This document shows positions 47,446-57,483 of a stretch of 64,000 nucleotides of DNA, in pieces. The DNA comes from Candidatus Marinacidobacterium sp. (GTDB taxonomy: Bacteria > Acidobacteriota > Vicinamibacteria > Marinacidobacterales > Marinacidobacteraceae). The stretch lies in the NCBI GenBank assembly GCA_965204755.1, contig OZ242011.1:2368001-2432000 (forward strand), read 5' to 3'. Numbering within the stretch: the first letter of the stretch is position 1; each line of letters starts with the position of its first letter. The notes beneath the pieces are model-generated. The model was given only the letters and a program-made list of their open reading frames with translations. It did not search any database and was not told where the DNA came from. A program made the translations under genes and the position numbers.

Positions 47446-49548
47446 ATGCTCCCGACGCGAAACCCCAAGCGAAACCCCAGGCGAAACACCTGCCGCCGCC
47501 CGGCGCGGCGCCTCCTGCCGCTGGCCGTCCTCCTGCTCCTCGCGCCCGGACTCGCCGCCGCGCAGGAAGAGGAAGAGGGAGAACCGGCCGGCCCGCAGCC
47601 GACCGAACTGGTGGTCACCCCCTCCGAAGTCGAACTCGAAGTCGGGGACACGCTGACGCTCGCGGCGGAAGTGCTCGACGAGAACGGGGAGGCGATGGAC
47701 CGCACGGTGGTCTTCTACTCGCGCCGCCGCCGTTCCGTCGGGGTGAACCCGGCCGGAATCGTCGAGGCGTACCGGCCGGGAGAACACACGCTGATCGCCA
47801 TGGTGCCGCGGGATCCGGAAGACACGGACCGCCGCGCCGAGCCGGCGGTAGTCGTCGAGATCCCGGTGACGATCCCGAATCCGCCGGTCGCTTCCGTTTC
47901 GGTGACGAACCTTCCCGGCCACCTCTACGCCGGCACCGAGATCGCGCTGGCGACCGAGGTCGAAGACATCTCCGGGGCGAAGCGCAACGATGTGGAAGTT
48001 TCCTTCTCCGCCGTGGACGGATCGGTTGCGGAAGTGAACGCCCTCGGCGTCCTCACGCTGACCGGCGAAGGCGCCACCACGCTGACGGTCATGGCGGAAG
48101 ACGCCTCCAGCGAGGTGGAGATCACGGTAACCGCGAACCCCGTCGCGGAGATCACCCTCTCCGCGAGCGAGAGCGGGCCCGCGCGCACCGGTGATGTCGT
48201 CTTCTTCACCGCGGAGGCGAAGGACGCGAGCGGCAACCCGGTTCCGGAGTACCCGATCCAGTTCGCCACCTTCGGCGTTCCGGCCGACGGCATCGTCGCT
48301 CCCGGGGCGATCGGCCAGGTCGGGGCGGACGGCGCGTTCGTCGCCGAGCGCTCCGGCACGCATACCGTCGTCGCCGACGGCTTCACCCGCTCGGCCACCG
48401 CCACGCTCGGCGTCGTCTCCCGGAATGTCCGGAAGGGAGTGGAAGTCGTCGGGCAGGCGCCGGTGCGCGACCGGCATACCTCCGACCTCTGGATCTGGGA
48501 AGGCGCGGACGGGCGCGACTACGCGGTCACCGGCACCTGGGGCGCCGACGGACACGCCTACTTCTGGGATGTGACCGATCCGGCGGCGATGAGCCTCATC
48601 GACACGGTGCGCGTGGATGCCCGCACGGTGAACGATGTCAAGATCTCCGAAGACGGCAAGTTCTGCGTCATCAGCCGCGAAGGCGCTTCGAACCGGAAGA
48701 ACGGCTTGGTCATCCTCGATGTGAGCGATCCGCAGACCGGGGTGCAGGTCATCGCCCGGTACGACGATCAACTCACCGGCGGCGTCCACAATGTGTTCAT
48801 CGCCGAGGACCACATCTACGCGCTCTCCGCCGGCCGGCGCTACGACATCATCAACGCCGAGGACCCGACGAATCCCTACCGCGTCGGGCGTTTCGAGTTG
48901 GATACCCCCGGGCACTCCATCCACGATGTGTGGGTCGAGGACGGCATCGCCTACTCCTCGAACTGGACCGACGGCGTGGTGGCCGTGGATGTCGGCGGCG
49001 GCGGCATGGGCGGCGCGCCGAACAACCCGGTGCTGCTCGGCAGCACGCCGTACCCGAGCGGCTGGAACCACGCGGCCTATCCCTACCGCAGCCAGTCCAC
49101 CGGGAAGTTCCTGATGATCGGCGGCGACGAGGCGTTCCCCTACCAGACGATGGAGGGAGACGACACGCCGGGCCGGGCCGCCGGCTGGATCCACATCTTC
49201 GAGTGGGACGACTGGGACAACCCGAAGGAAGTGGCGCGCTACCAGGTGCCGGAAGCGGGGACGCACAACCTCTGGGTGGAGGACGACATCCTCTACATCG
49301 CTTACTACAACGCCGGCCTCCGCGTGGTGGACATCTCCGGCGAGTTGCGCGGCGACCTCTACCGGCAGGGGCGCGAGATCGCCATGTTCCTCCCGCAGGA
49401 CCCGGAGAGTTTCATCCCGAACGCGCCGATGGCCTGGGGGCCGCAGCCCTACAAGGGGCACATCTTCGTGGCCGACCACAACTCCGGGCTGTGGGCGGTG
49501 AAACTGGTGGACGCCGAGCCGATCGATCTCGGCGAGCCGCAGGACTGA
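47446..49548 (+). CDS. secreted Ig-like + LVIVD-repeat protein, copy 2 (paralog of 44103-46199)
   Basis: RBS GAGGAGG; long identical stretches with copy 1 (GTWGADGHAYFWDVTDP, ISREGASNRKNGLVILDV, LRGDLYRQGREIA). Confidence 0.8.
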   Translation: MLPTRNPKRNPRRNTCRRPARRLLPLAVLLLLAPGLAAAQEEEEGEPAGPQPTELVVTPSEVELEVGDTLTLAAEVLDENGEAMDRTVVFYSRRRRSVGVNPAGIVEAYRPGEHTLIAMVPRDPEDTDRRAEPAVVVEIPVTIPNPPVASVSVTNLPGHLYAGTEIALATEVEDISGAKRNDVEVSFSAVDGSVAEVNALGVLTLTGEGATTLTVMAEDASSEVEITVTANPVAEITLSASESGPARTGDVVFFTAEAKDASGNPVPEYPIQFATFGVPADGIVAPGAIGQVGADGAFVAERSGTHTVVADGFTRSATATLGVVSRNVRKGVEVVGQAPVRDRHTSDLWIWEGADGRDYAVTGTWGADGHAYFWDVTDPAAMSLIDTVRVDARTVNDVKISEDGKFCVISREGASNRKNGLVILDVSDPQTGVQVIARYDDQLTGGVHNVFIAEDHIYALSAGRRYDIINAEDPTNPYRVGRFELDTPGHSIHDVWVEDGIAYSSNWTDGVVAVDVGGGGMGGAPNNPVLLGSTPYPSGWNHAAYPYRSQSTGKFLMIGGDEAFPYQTMEGDDTPGRAAGWIHIFEWDDWDNPKEVARYQVPEAGTHNLWVEDDILYIAYYNAGLRVVDISGELRGDLYRQGREIAMFLPQDPESFIPNAPMAWGPQPYKGHIFVADHNSGLWAVKLVDAEPIDLGEPQD

Positions 49549-49581
49549 CGGCGGGCCACCGGCGGCGACGGGCGTAATCCG

Positions 49582-50037
49582 ATGAAACTCGCGCACACGC
49601 TCAGTTGGGCGGTCTTCGCGCTGCTCGGCGCGGTGACGCTCGCGGCTTCGCTCGGCTCGGTTTTCGCCGCCTATCTCGACCCGAGCGGCGACCTGATCGC
49701 CGGGAAGTACACACCCGGCGAGGTCGCCGACGGGGATGCGGAGATCGCCACCGCCCTCTCCGCCCGCCGGGGCACCGCCGCGGCGTTCGGCGTTTCCTAC
49801 GGAATCCTCCTCCTGGGCGTCGCGCTCGGGCCGTACCGGAAGCGCCGCCAGGCGCGCGCGGCGTTCGTCCTGCTCCTGCTCGCCACCGTGGCGAACGCCG
49901 CGGTCATCCTGCTGCGCGTGCCGCTGCTCGCGGTGAACTTCGGCGTGGGGCCGGCCATCATCCCGCTGCTGCTCGTGACGGCGGCGGCGGTCACCGGCGT
50001 ACTCGCGAAGAACCACGCTCCCGCCGGGAGCGCCTGA
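49582..50037 (+). CDS. hypothetical membrane protein (about 4 TM)
   Basis: Four hydrophobic segments, ATG start, co-oriented with neighbours. Confidence 0.65.
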   Translation: MKLAHTLSWAVFALLGAVTLAASLGSVFAAYLDPSGDLIAGKYTPGEVADGDAEIATALSARRGTAAAFGVSYGILLLGVALGPYRKRRQARAAFVLLLLATVANAAVILLRVPLLAVNFGVGPAIIPLLLVTAAAVTGVLAKNHAPAGSA

Positions 50038-50096
50038 AGACCGATTCGCTGATGGGCTCGGGCGCCGACGCCGCTTCCGGCGGCGCCCGGCCCCCG

Positions 50097-50579
50097 ATGA
50101 AGCGCCATCCGAGTCTGGTCCCCCTCTCCCGGGACCACCACCACGGGCTGGTGATGGCCCGGCGGCTGATCCTGGGAGGGCCGTCCACTCCGCGGGACGA
50201 TTGGCCGCGCGCCCCCGAGGAGCAGGCGAGCCGCCTGATCGCGTTCTACGAGTCCGCGTTGCGGCCGCACTTCGAAGCCGAAGAAGCGCAGGTCTTCCCT
50301 CTCGCCGCCGAGCGGCTGGCCGACGGGCCGGCCCGCGTCGAGGCCCTGGTCGCCCAGCACCGGATGATGACCGGGATGATCGAAGACCTGCGCGCCGACC
50401 TGCGGTCGGGGATCGAAAAACGCCTGGCCGCCTTCGGCGAGTTGCTGCGCGACCACATCCACGACGAGGAGCGGATCCTCTTCGAACGGATGCAGGCCGA
50501 GTGCGGCGAGGAAGAGATGGAGGCCCTCGGTTCCCGCCTCGCCGCCGGCGCGGCGTCCGCGCCCGCCTGCGCGCGCTGA
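50097..50579 (+). CDS. hemerythrin (HHE) domain protein
   Basis: MKRHPSLVPLSRDHHHGL, HFEAEE, QH, HIHDEERILF. Confidence 0.85.
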   Translation: MKRHPSLVPLSRDHHHGLVMARRLILGGPSTPRDDWPRAPEEQASRLIAFYESALRPHFEAEEAQVFPLAAERLADGPARVEALVAQHRMMTGMIEDLRADLRSGIEKRLAAFGELLRDHIHDEERILFERMQAECGEEEMEALGSRLAAGAASAPACAR

Positions 50580-50781
50580 AGTCGCGGGTCGGGGGACGAG
50601 GGAACGGAAGTTCGATCGGGACTTCGAACCGGCGAGCAGGCAGGGGCGCCGGCCTGCTGCGGGTCGGCGCCCGTCCGCCGAGGCGGGGCGGAGAGCGCGG
50701 GAGCGCCGCCGGGCGGACCGGGCGCGACGGGTCCCGGGGCGCCTCGCGCCCGGCGCTGAGGAGCGCTCGACGCCCCGCGGG

Positions 50782-53520
50782 TCAGGTGGCGTTCGTGCGG
50801 ATGTGGGCCGGCATGGAGGCCACGATCGCCTGGTTCCGGGCGCTGTCCCAGAAGTAGTAGATCCGCAGGCACCGCTTCGGGTCGTGGGTGGAGCCGCCGC
50901 TCTTCAGGTGCCAGTCCACCCGGCGGTTCTTGCCCCGCCATTTCACCGAGAAGGCGTCGCCGCCGCAGCGGGCGTTGTGGACCCCGTTCTCGACGGTCTC
51001 CCGCCGATCCTCGGGCCGGCGCCCCATCCGGCGGTCGCGGAAGTCGTTCGCCAGCCAGAGCAGACACCGAGCGGCGAGCGGCACATCCGCGAACTGCGCC
51101 CGCTTGACCTCCCGGTGGGCGCGGGGAGTGAGCAGCACTCGCCCGGCCAGTTGCGTCTCGCACCAGTCGTTGAACTGCGCCCACTCGGTGGGGAGCGGGG
51201 CTTCGGGTTCCGGGTCTTCCCCGAGGTCGCGCAGCCGGTCGGCGAGCGCCTGCTGCTGTGAGATGGAGAGGTCGAACCGCCGCTCCGCGTCGTCGGCGCG
51301 CTCCCGCGCGTCGTCGAGTTCGTCGGAGTACTTCGTCTTCTCCTGCTCGGCGCGGTCGAGCAGCCGCTCCAGATCGGCCGCCCGGACTCCGAGCGCGCGC
51401 TTGTCCTTCTCCAGCCGCGCGAGTTCCGCCGGGTCCGGCGGCGCCGGCTCCGGCGCGGGCGGCGGTTCGGGCTCCGGGAGGGCGGGGCGCGGTTCCGGCA
51501 GCGCCGCGGGCGCCTTCTTCGGCCCACCGAAGAAGAGGTAGCGGAGCCGCGCGAAGAACCCCGCCGGCGGCGGCAGCGCGGGAGTGGCCGGGATCCCTTC
51601 CGGCGCCGGCTCGGCCGAAGTCGGCGGCGGCGCGGCCGTCGGTGGAGCCGCCGTCGGCGCCGGGGCGGGGGCCGGAGCCGGTCGGAGCGCCGGTGTTGGG
51701 GGTGGCGCGGCCGGTGGCCCCGGGGTCGCCGGAATCGCGGCCGGCGGCGGCGCGGGGGCCGGAGCGGGGGCGCCGTCCGGATAGGCGGCCGGCGGGTAGC
51801 CGACCGGCGGGTCGGCGCTCGATCGGGCGGCGGGAGGGTAGGGATCGGCCGCCTCGAACTCGGGGCGCCGACTGCGGTGCGGCGGGCGGGTCGGACGCGG
51901 CGGCCCTTCCGCCGGTCGGGTGGCGCCGGCCCGCGGGTAAGGCCGCGGTTCCCGGTAGATGCGGGAGCGTTCGGGCGGCTCCGGGGAAGGGATCGTCGGC
52001 GGACGGGCCTCGGAAGTCGGGCGCCGCGCGGGCGCGCTTCTCACGGACCGCGCCCAGAAGGGTTGTTCCTCCGGAGTCTCCTCCGCCTCCGCCGGGACTC
52101 CGCCCGGGCGTCCGGCTGCGGGTTCGAGCCGCGCGGTCGAGGGGGTCTCGACCGGCCCGAGCGGCAGCGGGGGAGCGGCCTCCGCGGGCTGCTCCTCGGG
52201 TGGGCGGGCCGCCGCCGCGATCGGGGGCGGGGCGCCGGCGGGCGCGGTCGCTTCGGGTTGCGGGGGGGCCACCGCCTGCGGGGGTGCCACCGGCTGCCGG
52301 GGGGCAACCGGCTGCGGCGGGACGACCGGCTGCGCCTGGGCCACCGGCTGCGGCGGGACGACCGGCTGCGCCTGGGCCACCGGCTGCGGGGGGACAACCG
52401 GCTGCGCCTGGGCCACCGGCTGCGGGGGGACAACCGGCTGCGCCTGGGCCACCGGCGGCTGCTGCGCCATCGGGGGCGCCGCCGCAGCCGGCGGAGCGGC
52501 GGGAGGCGGCGCCGCCGGAGCGGGATCGGCGGCGGGCGCGGGCGCCTCCGCCTCGACCGCCGCCCGGGCGGTCCGGTACTCGTTCGCGAGCCGCTGCACT
52601 TCCTCGAACGGCATCTCCGCCTGCCGTTCCAAACTCATCTGCGCCACCGTCTCCAGGATCTGGTTCGTGGTGAGTTCGATCCCGCTCGGGTTCGAGAGGC
52701 TGAGCCCGAGGAACAGCCGGTGGTCCCACTCGCTCGAGTTCGGGTGGAACCCGGGGTTGTAGATGCGCACCGCCCCTTGGTACACCGAGTGCCGCCGCCC
52801 GAAGCGGTCCGTGAGCCGCCAGGCGAATTCGGCCGGGATCACCACCACCGTGGCGAGGCCGATGCAGGCGCGGGCGAGCGCGTCCGGCTCGATGAGGGGG
52901 CCGTGCGGGTCGTCGGCGTCGTCCGGCACGGAGAGCGCGACGATGGGCAGCCCCCGCGCGGAGTCCGTGAGCCGGGCGCAGAGCCAGTCGGCGTCCGCGT
53001 TGGAGCCCACGGTCCACGCGGTTCCGGTCACCGGCTCGCCGAACTGCCGGAGTTCGAGCACGGAAGCGAGCCGCGTGGCCACATCGGGAACCTTCGGGGT
53101 GAGCGGCCGGAGCCCCGCCCCGTTCGACGACCGCAGCAGGCGCAGGTGGAACACCGGCGGGCTCCCCGGCATCCAGCCGACCCCGGTCTCGGTGACCCAC
53201 GCCTCGGCGGGCGCGCTCGGGTCCGGCGTCCTCAGCCGGACCGCCCAGAAATCGTTGTCCTCCCGCAGCACCCGCACCGCCTGGCACCGGATCGCGCCGT
53301 GCCGGATATCGAAGGTGCCGTGATCGGTGGCCTCCTCGGGCAATTTGCCCGGCACCCGCGAAGCGATCCACTCGTGGATGGTCGTTCGGCAGGTATGCGC
53401 CGCTATCCGGTCGTCGTCCGCCTCGATCTGGGCGGCGAACCGGAGAACGCCCTCCTCGCGCGCCTCCCGGGTGGCGGCGATGGAATCGTGCAATGCCTTG
53501 AATGAATCGAAACGAGCCAT
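50782..53520 (-). CDS. hypothetical 912-aa protein: globular N-domain, Pro/Ala-rich repeat linker, coiled coil, possible RelE-like C-domain
   Basis: RBS GGAGAG before ATG 53520; globular N-terminal part (SVYQGAVRIYNPGF), low-complexity middle, C-terminal WHLKSGGSTHDPKRCLRIYYFWD...IVASMPAHI. Confidence 0.75.
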   Translation of the reverse strand: MARFDSFKALHDSIAATREAREEGVLRFAAQIEADDDRIAAHTCRTTIHEWIASRVPGKLPEEATDHGTFDIRHGAIRCQAVRVLREDNDFWAVRLRTPDPSAPAEAWVTETGVGWMPGSPPVFHLRLLRSSNGAGLRPLTPKVPDVATRLASVLELRQFGEPVTGTAWTVGSNADADWLCARLTDSARGLPIVALSVPDDADDPHGPLIEPDALARACIGLATVVVIPAEFAWRLTDRFGRRHSVYQGAVRIYNPGFHPNSSEWDHRLFLGLSLSNPSGIELTTNQILETVAQMSLERQAEMPFEEVQRLANEYRTARAAVEAEAPAPAADPAPAAPPPAAPPAAAAPPMAQQPPVAQAQPVVPPQPVAQAQPVVPPQPVAQAQPVVPPQPVAQAQPVVPPQPVAPRQPVAPPQAVAPPQPEATAPAGAPPPIAAAARPPEEQPAEAAPPLPLGPVETPSTARLEPAAGRPGGVPAEAEETPEEQPFWARSVRSAPARRPTSEARPPTIPSPEPPERSRIYREPRPYPRAGATRPAEGPPRPTRPPHRSRRPEFEAADPYPPAARSSADPPVGYPPAAYPDGAPAPAPAPPPAAIPATPGPPAAPPPTPALRPAPAPAPAPTAAPPTAAPPPTSAEPAPEGIPATPALPPPAGFFARLRYLFFGGPKKAPAALPEPRPALPEPEPPPAPEPAPPDPAELARLEKDKRALGVRAADLERLLDRAEQEKTKYSDELDDARERADDAERRFDLSISQQQALADRLRDLGEDPEPEAPLPTEWAQFNDWCETQLAGRVLLTPRAHREVKRAQFADVPLAARCLLWLANDFRDRRMGRRPEDRRETVENGVHNARCGGDAFSVKWRGKNRRVDWHLKSGGSTHDPKRCLRIYYFWDSARNQAIVASMPAHIRTNAT
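52307..52450. repeat. coding tandem repeat, 4 x 36 bp (QPVAQAQPVVPP), with degenerate 18-bp units adjacent
   Basis: Unit ACCGGCTGCGGSGGGACRACCGGCTGCGCCTGGGCC at 52307, 52343, 52379 and 52415. Confidence 0.9.
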
Positions 53521-53710
53521 GAAACGGTCTCTCCAATGTCCTCCAGAATCCAACCCTCCGGCAATTAATAGCAACAGCCGGGCGATCGCCCTCCCCGGCC
53601 GGCCGCCGGAACACCGGCGGGGCGGCTCCCGGTCGGGCTGCCCGCCGCGCCGAAGCGGTGCCGCCGGGGGCGCGGGAACGACCGCTCCCGCTTGGTATTC
53701 TCGGCGGCGC

Positions 53711-56698
53711 ATGGCCGCGCGCGGGGGCGAACTGGCGCGCGCGCTCGCCTCCCGGATCGAGGGCCGGGTCCGCTTCGACCGGGCCTCGCGGCTCCTCTAC
53801 TCGACGGACGCGAGCATCTACCAGATCGAGCCGCTGGGGGTGGTGGTCCCCCGCCACCGAGGCGATGTGGCGGAGGCGGTGCGGACCGCGGCCGAGGCCG
53901 GCGCGCCGGTGCTCCCCCGCGGCGGCGGCACTTCGCTCGCCGGGCAGGCGGTGGGCGAAGCGGTGGTCCTCGACCTCTCCACCGACTTCCGGCGGGTCCT
54001 GGAAGTGAACCGCGAAGAACTCCGGGCGCGGGTCCAGCCCGGCGTGGTGCAGGACGCCCTGGGCGCCGCTCTCGCGCCGCTGGGACTCCGGTTCGGCCCG
54101 GAGACCTCCACCTCCAACCGGGCGAACCTGGGCGGGATGATCGGCAACAACTCCGCCGGCGCCCGGTCGCTGGTGTACGGGAAGACCGTCGAGAACCTGC
54201 TCGAGGCCTCGGTGGTCTTCCCGGACGGCTCCTGCGAGCGCCTCGGCTGGATGCGCTGGGAGGAGATCCGCCGGCGAGCCGCCGCCTTCGCCCGCGGGAA
54301 CGGCGCCGCCGGGGACCCGGTGTCGCGCGTCTGCGCCGCGGTCGCTTCCATCCGCGACGAGTACCGGGAGGACATCCGGGAGAGGTTCCCCCGCATCCCG
54401 CGCCGCGTCTCCGGCTACAACCTGGATGTCCTGCTCGACCCCGCGGGCGTCAACCTGGCGCACCTGGTGGTCGGCTCGGAGGGGACGCTCGGCGTCGTGG
54501 TCGAGGCGACGGTCCGCCTCCACCGGCTGCCGCCGGCGGTGGGGTTGGCCGTCCTCCACTTCGACGGCCTCCTGCCGGCGCTGGAAGCGGGGGTCGAAGC
54601 GCTCGAACTCCGGCCGAGCGCGGTGGAATTGGTGGACGGGACCGTCCTGCGCATGGCGCGGGAGTCGCTCGAGTACTCCCGGCGGCTGGGGTTCGTGAGC
54701 GGCGAGCCGGAGGCGCTCATCCTGGTGGAGTTCTCCGGGCCGAGCCGCGGCGAAGTCGCTTCCCGGATGGCGCGGCTGGAGCGGCGGCTCGGGCGGCGCG
54801 GCCAGCCGATGCTGCGGCTCCTCGACCCGGCGGCGCAGGCCAATGTGTGGAAAGTGCGGAAGGCGGCGCTCCCGCTGCTGCTCAGCCTCCCCGGCGACGA
54901 GAAGCCCATCGCCTTCGTCGAGGACACCGCGGTGGAACCGGCGCGCCTCCCGGAGTTCATCGCCCGGTTCGAGGAGATCCTCGCCGGGCGGGCCACGAAG
55001 GGCAGTTTCTACGCCCACGCCGGCGCCGGCTGCCTCCACATCCGCCCGCTCATCAACCTCAAGGATCCGCGGGAAGTCCGCAAGATGGAGGAGTTGGCGA
55101 GGGAGGTCTGCGACCTCGTCCTCGACTTCGGCGGTTCCATGAGCGGCGAGCACGGGGACGGGCTGGCGCGCAGCCACTTCAACGAGAAGGTGTTCGGCCC
55201 CCGCGTGTACGAGGCGTTCCGCCGGCTGAAGGCCGCCTTCGACCCGCAGGGGATCATGAACCCGGGGAAGGTGGTGGACGCCCCGGCGATGACCGACAAC
55301 CTCCGCTACGGCGAGTGGATGAAGCCGGTGGAGTTGCCGGTGGTGTTCCCCTACCGCCGCCAGCAAGGGTTCACCGGCGCGGTGGAACTGTGCAACGGCG
55401 CCGGCGTCTGCCGGAAGGAACTCAGCGGGACGATGTGCCCGTCGTTCATGGCGACCCGCGAGGAGGAACACTCGACCCGCGGCCGGGCGAACCTGATGCG
55501 GGCGCTGCTCGACGGCCGGCTCGCCCCCGGCGCGGAGTCCGAGGAGCGCGTCCTGGGGGCGCTCGACCTGTGCCTTTCGTGCAAGGCCTGCAAGGCGGAG
55601 TGCCCGTCCGGCGTGGACCTCGCCCGGCTGAAGTCGGACTTCCTGTTCCACTACTACCGGAACCGCCGCCGTCCGCTGGCCGACCGGGTCTTCGGCGCGC
55701 CGGACGCGCTGGCCCGGTTCGCGTCCCGGTTGGGGCCGGTGGCCGGTTGGCTCGCCTCCCGCGCCGGCCTCGGGGCCGCTTCCGGGTCGGGCCCGGGAGA
55801 CTCCGGGCGGAACGGGCCCGGGGGCGCCGCGGCGCGGCTGGTCGGCGGCGCGCTGCGCCGGACGCTGGGACTCGATCCCCGCCGCAGCCTGCCGGCGCTC
55901 GCCCGCGAGCCGTTCACCCGGTGGTTCGCGGCGAACGCCGCCGCCGGACAGCCCTCTTCCCCGCGTGGCGCCGTGGCGCTCTACCCGGACACCTTCACCA
56001 ACTACTTCGAACCGGAGGTGGGCGTGGCCGCCTGCCGGGTGCTCCAAGCGCTCGGCTACCGGGTTCGGCTGGCGCCGGCGGTCTGTTGCGGCCGCCCGGC
56101 GATCTCCCGGGGGATGCTCGACCGCGCCCGGCGGCTGGCCGCGGCGAGCGTTACCGCGCTCTCCGAGTTCGTGGATTCCGGGACGCCGGTGGTCGGGCTG
56201 GAACCGTCCTGCATCTTCACTTTCCGCGACGAGACGCCGGAACTCGTCCCCGAAGAACAGCAGCGCACCGCGGCGGCGCTCGCCGGGCAGACGCTGCTCT
56301 TCGACGAGTTCGTCTCCCGCGACGCGGCCCAGGTGCGGCAGTTGGCCGCCGGCCGGGCGGCCGAGACCCGCGCCGTGGCGCACGGCCACTGCCACCAGAA
56401 GGCGTTCTGCGGCGCCGGCCCCCTGAGCGCCGCCCTCGAAGCCACCGGCGCCGAAGTCACCGTCCTCGATTCCGGCTGCTGCGGCATGGCCGGCAGTTTC
56501 GGCTACACCGAGGCCCACTACGACCTCTCCTTGGACATCGGCGAACGCCGCCTCTTCCCCGCCGTCCGCGAGTTGGCCCCCCGGGACGCCCTGGTCGCCG
56601 CCGGCACCTCCTGCCGCCACCAGATCCGCGACGCCGTAGGCCGGGATGCGGAGCACCCGGCGCAGTTCCTGGCGCGGTTCGTGGGGCCGGGGGACTGA
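53711..56698 (+). CDS. FAD-binding and Fe-S-binding oxidoreductase (GlcD/GlcF fusion, YdiJ-like)
   Basis: YSTDASIYQ, PRGGGTSLAGQ, GSEGTLG, SGEHGDG, CNGAGVC, CLSCKACKAECP, CCG motifs, HGHCHQK. Confidence 0.92.
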   Translation: MAARGGELARALASRIEGRVRFDRASRLLYSTDASIYQIEPLGVVVPRHRGDVAEAVRTAAEAGAPVLPRGGGTSLAGQAVGEAVVLDLSTDFRRVLEVNREELRARVQPGVVQDALGAALAPLGLRFGPETSTSNRANLGGMIGNNSAGARSLVYGKTVENLLEASVVFPDGSCERLGWMRWEEIRRRAAAFARGNGAAGDPVSRVCAAVASIRDEYREDIRERFPRIPRRVSGYNLDVLLDPAGVNLAHLVVGSEGTLGVVVEATVRLHRLPPAVGLAVLHFDGLLPALEAGVEALELRPSAVELVDGTVLRMARESLEYSRRLGFVSGEPEALILVEFSGPSRGEVASRMARLERRLGRRGQPMLRLLDPAAQANVWKVRKAALPLLLSLPGDEKPIAFVEDTAVEPARLPEFIARFEEILAGRATKGSFYAHAGAGCLHIRPLINLKDPREVRKMEELAREVCDLVLDFGGSMSGEHGDGLARSHFNEKVFGPRVYEAFRRLKAAFDPQGIMNPGKVVDAPAMTDNLRYGEWMKPVELPVVFPYRRQQGFTGAVELCNGAGVCRKELSGTMCPSFMATREEEHSTRGRANLMRALLDGRLAPGAESEERVLGALDLCLSCKACKAECPSGVDLARLKSDFLFHYYRNRRRPLADRVFGAPDALARFASRLGPVAGWLASRAGLGAASGSGPGDSGRNGPGGAAARLVGGALRRTLGLDPRRSLPALAREPFTRWFAANAAAGQPSSPRGAVALYPDTFTNYFEPEVGVAACRVLQALGYRVRLAPAVCCGRPAISRGMLDRARRLAAASVTALSEFVDSGTPVVGLEPSCIFTFRDETPELVPEEQQRTAAALAGQTLLFDEFVSRDAAQVRQLAAGRAAETRAVAHGHCHQKAFCGAGPLSAALEATGAEVTVLDSGCCGMAGSFGYTEAHYDLSLDIGERRLFPAVRELAPRDALVAAGTSCRHQIRDAVGRDAEHPAQFLARFVGPGD

Positions 56699-56799
56699 CG
56701 ACTTCCGCCGGGGGCGCGGCGACCCCGGCAGCGGACACCCGCTGCTGCGCGACGGCGTTGCCGATGAGGGCGAGGGCGAGCGGTAATCTGCAGGTCGAG

Positions 56800-57483
56800 A
56801 TGTCCGACGCGCTGCCCGACCGGCGCCGCTCCATAGCCCGATCCGAGGTGGTCCTCTCGGCGATGGCGGCCGGCGGCGCCGGGACGCTCTTCGAACCGGC
56901 CCGAATCCGGACCCTGCTGTTCCTGATCGACCGGGAGATCCCCGAGCCGTTCGGGGGTCCCCACTTCGACTTCCGTCCGAACGACTACGGCCCGTTCGAC
57001 CGGGCGGTCCATGACGAGTTGGACACCTTGAACCGGAGCGGACAAGTCTGCATCGCGGACGGCCCCGACCGGAGAACCTACGCGTTGACGAAAACGGGAC
57101 TGAACAAGGGAAGGCGAGACCTGAGCCGGCTTCCGAACGAAGTCCGCCAGTACCTGCGCGAACTGGCGAGGTGGGCGCTCTCCCTTCGTTTCGGACGACT
57201 GCTCGCGGCCATCTACTGCCGGTACCCGGAGATGGCGACGAACAACCCGGCGCCGGGTGCGGAGCGCCCTTCTTCGTCGAGTGCGCGACGATCCGACTTG
57301 TCGCCGTTCTCGGAAGGTCTCGTGAGTGCTTTCGACATGACCGGCACATTCCTGACTCCGCTCCCGCGCCAGACCGGGTTCCCACGGGACGCCGAGGCGC
57401 TGCGGGCTGACTGGCGCGCGGTAGGGGACGACCTCCGCGCCGCCATGGCCGAATACGCCACGGAAGAAACGGAAAGTGTCTGA
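56800..57483 (+). CDS. SocA/Panacea-like (wHTH) protein with an extra C-terminal segment
   Basis: LLFLIDRE...FDFRPNDYGPFD...ELDTL...YALT...G...LLAAIYCRYPEM; tail GLVSAFDMTG...DAEALRADWRAVGDDLRAAM. Confidence 0.65.
   Translation: MSDALPDRRRSIARSEVVLSAMAAGGAGTLFEPARIRTLLFLIDREIPEPFGGPHFDFRPNDYGPFDRAVHDELDTLNRSGQVCIADGPDRRTYALTKTGLNKGRRDLSRLPNEVRQYLRELARWALSLRFGRLLAAIYCRYPEMATNNPAPGAERPSSSSARRSDLSPFSEGLVSAFDMTGTFLTPLPRQTGFPRDAEALRADWRAVGDDLRAAMAEYATEETESV

Noticed and set aside
52250-52460. Regular repeats resembling a CRISPR array
   Set aside because: No unique spacers, unit lengths are multiples of 3 within a reading frame, and no cas genes are present.
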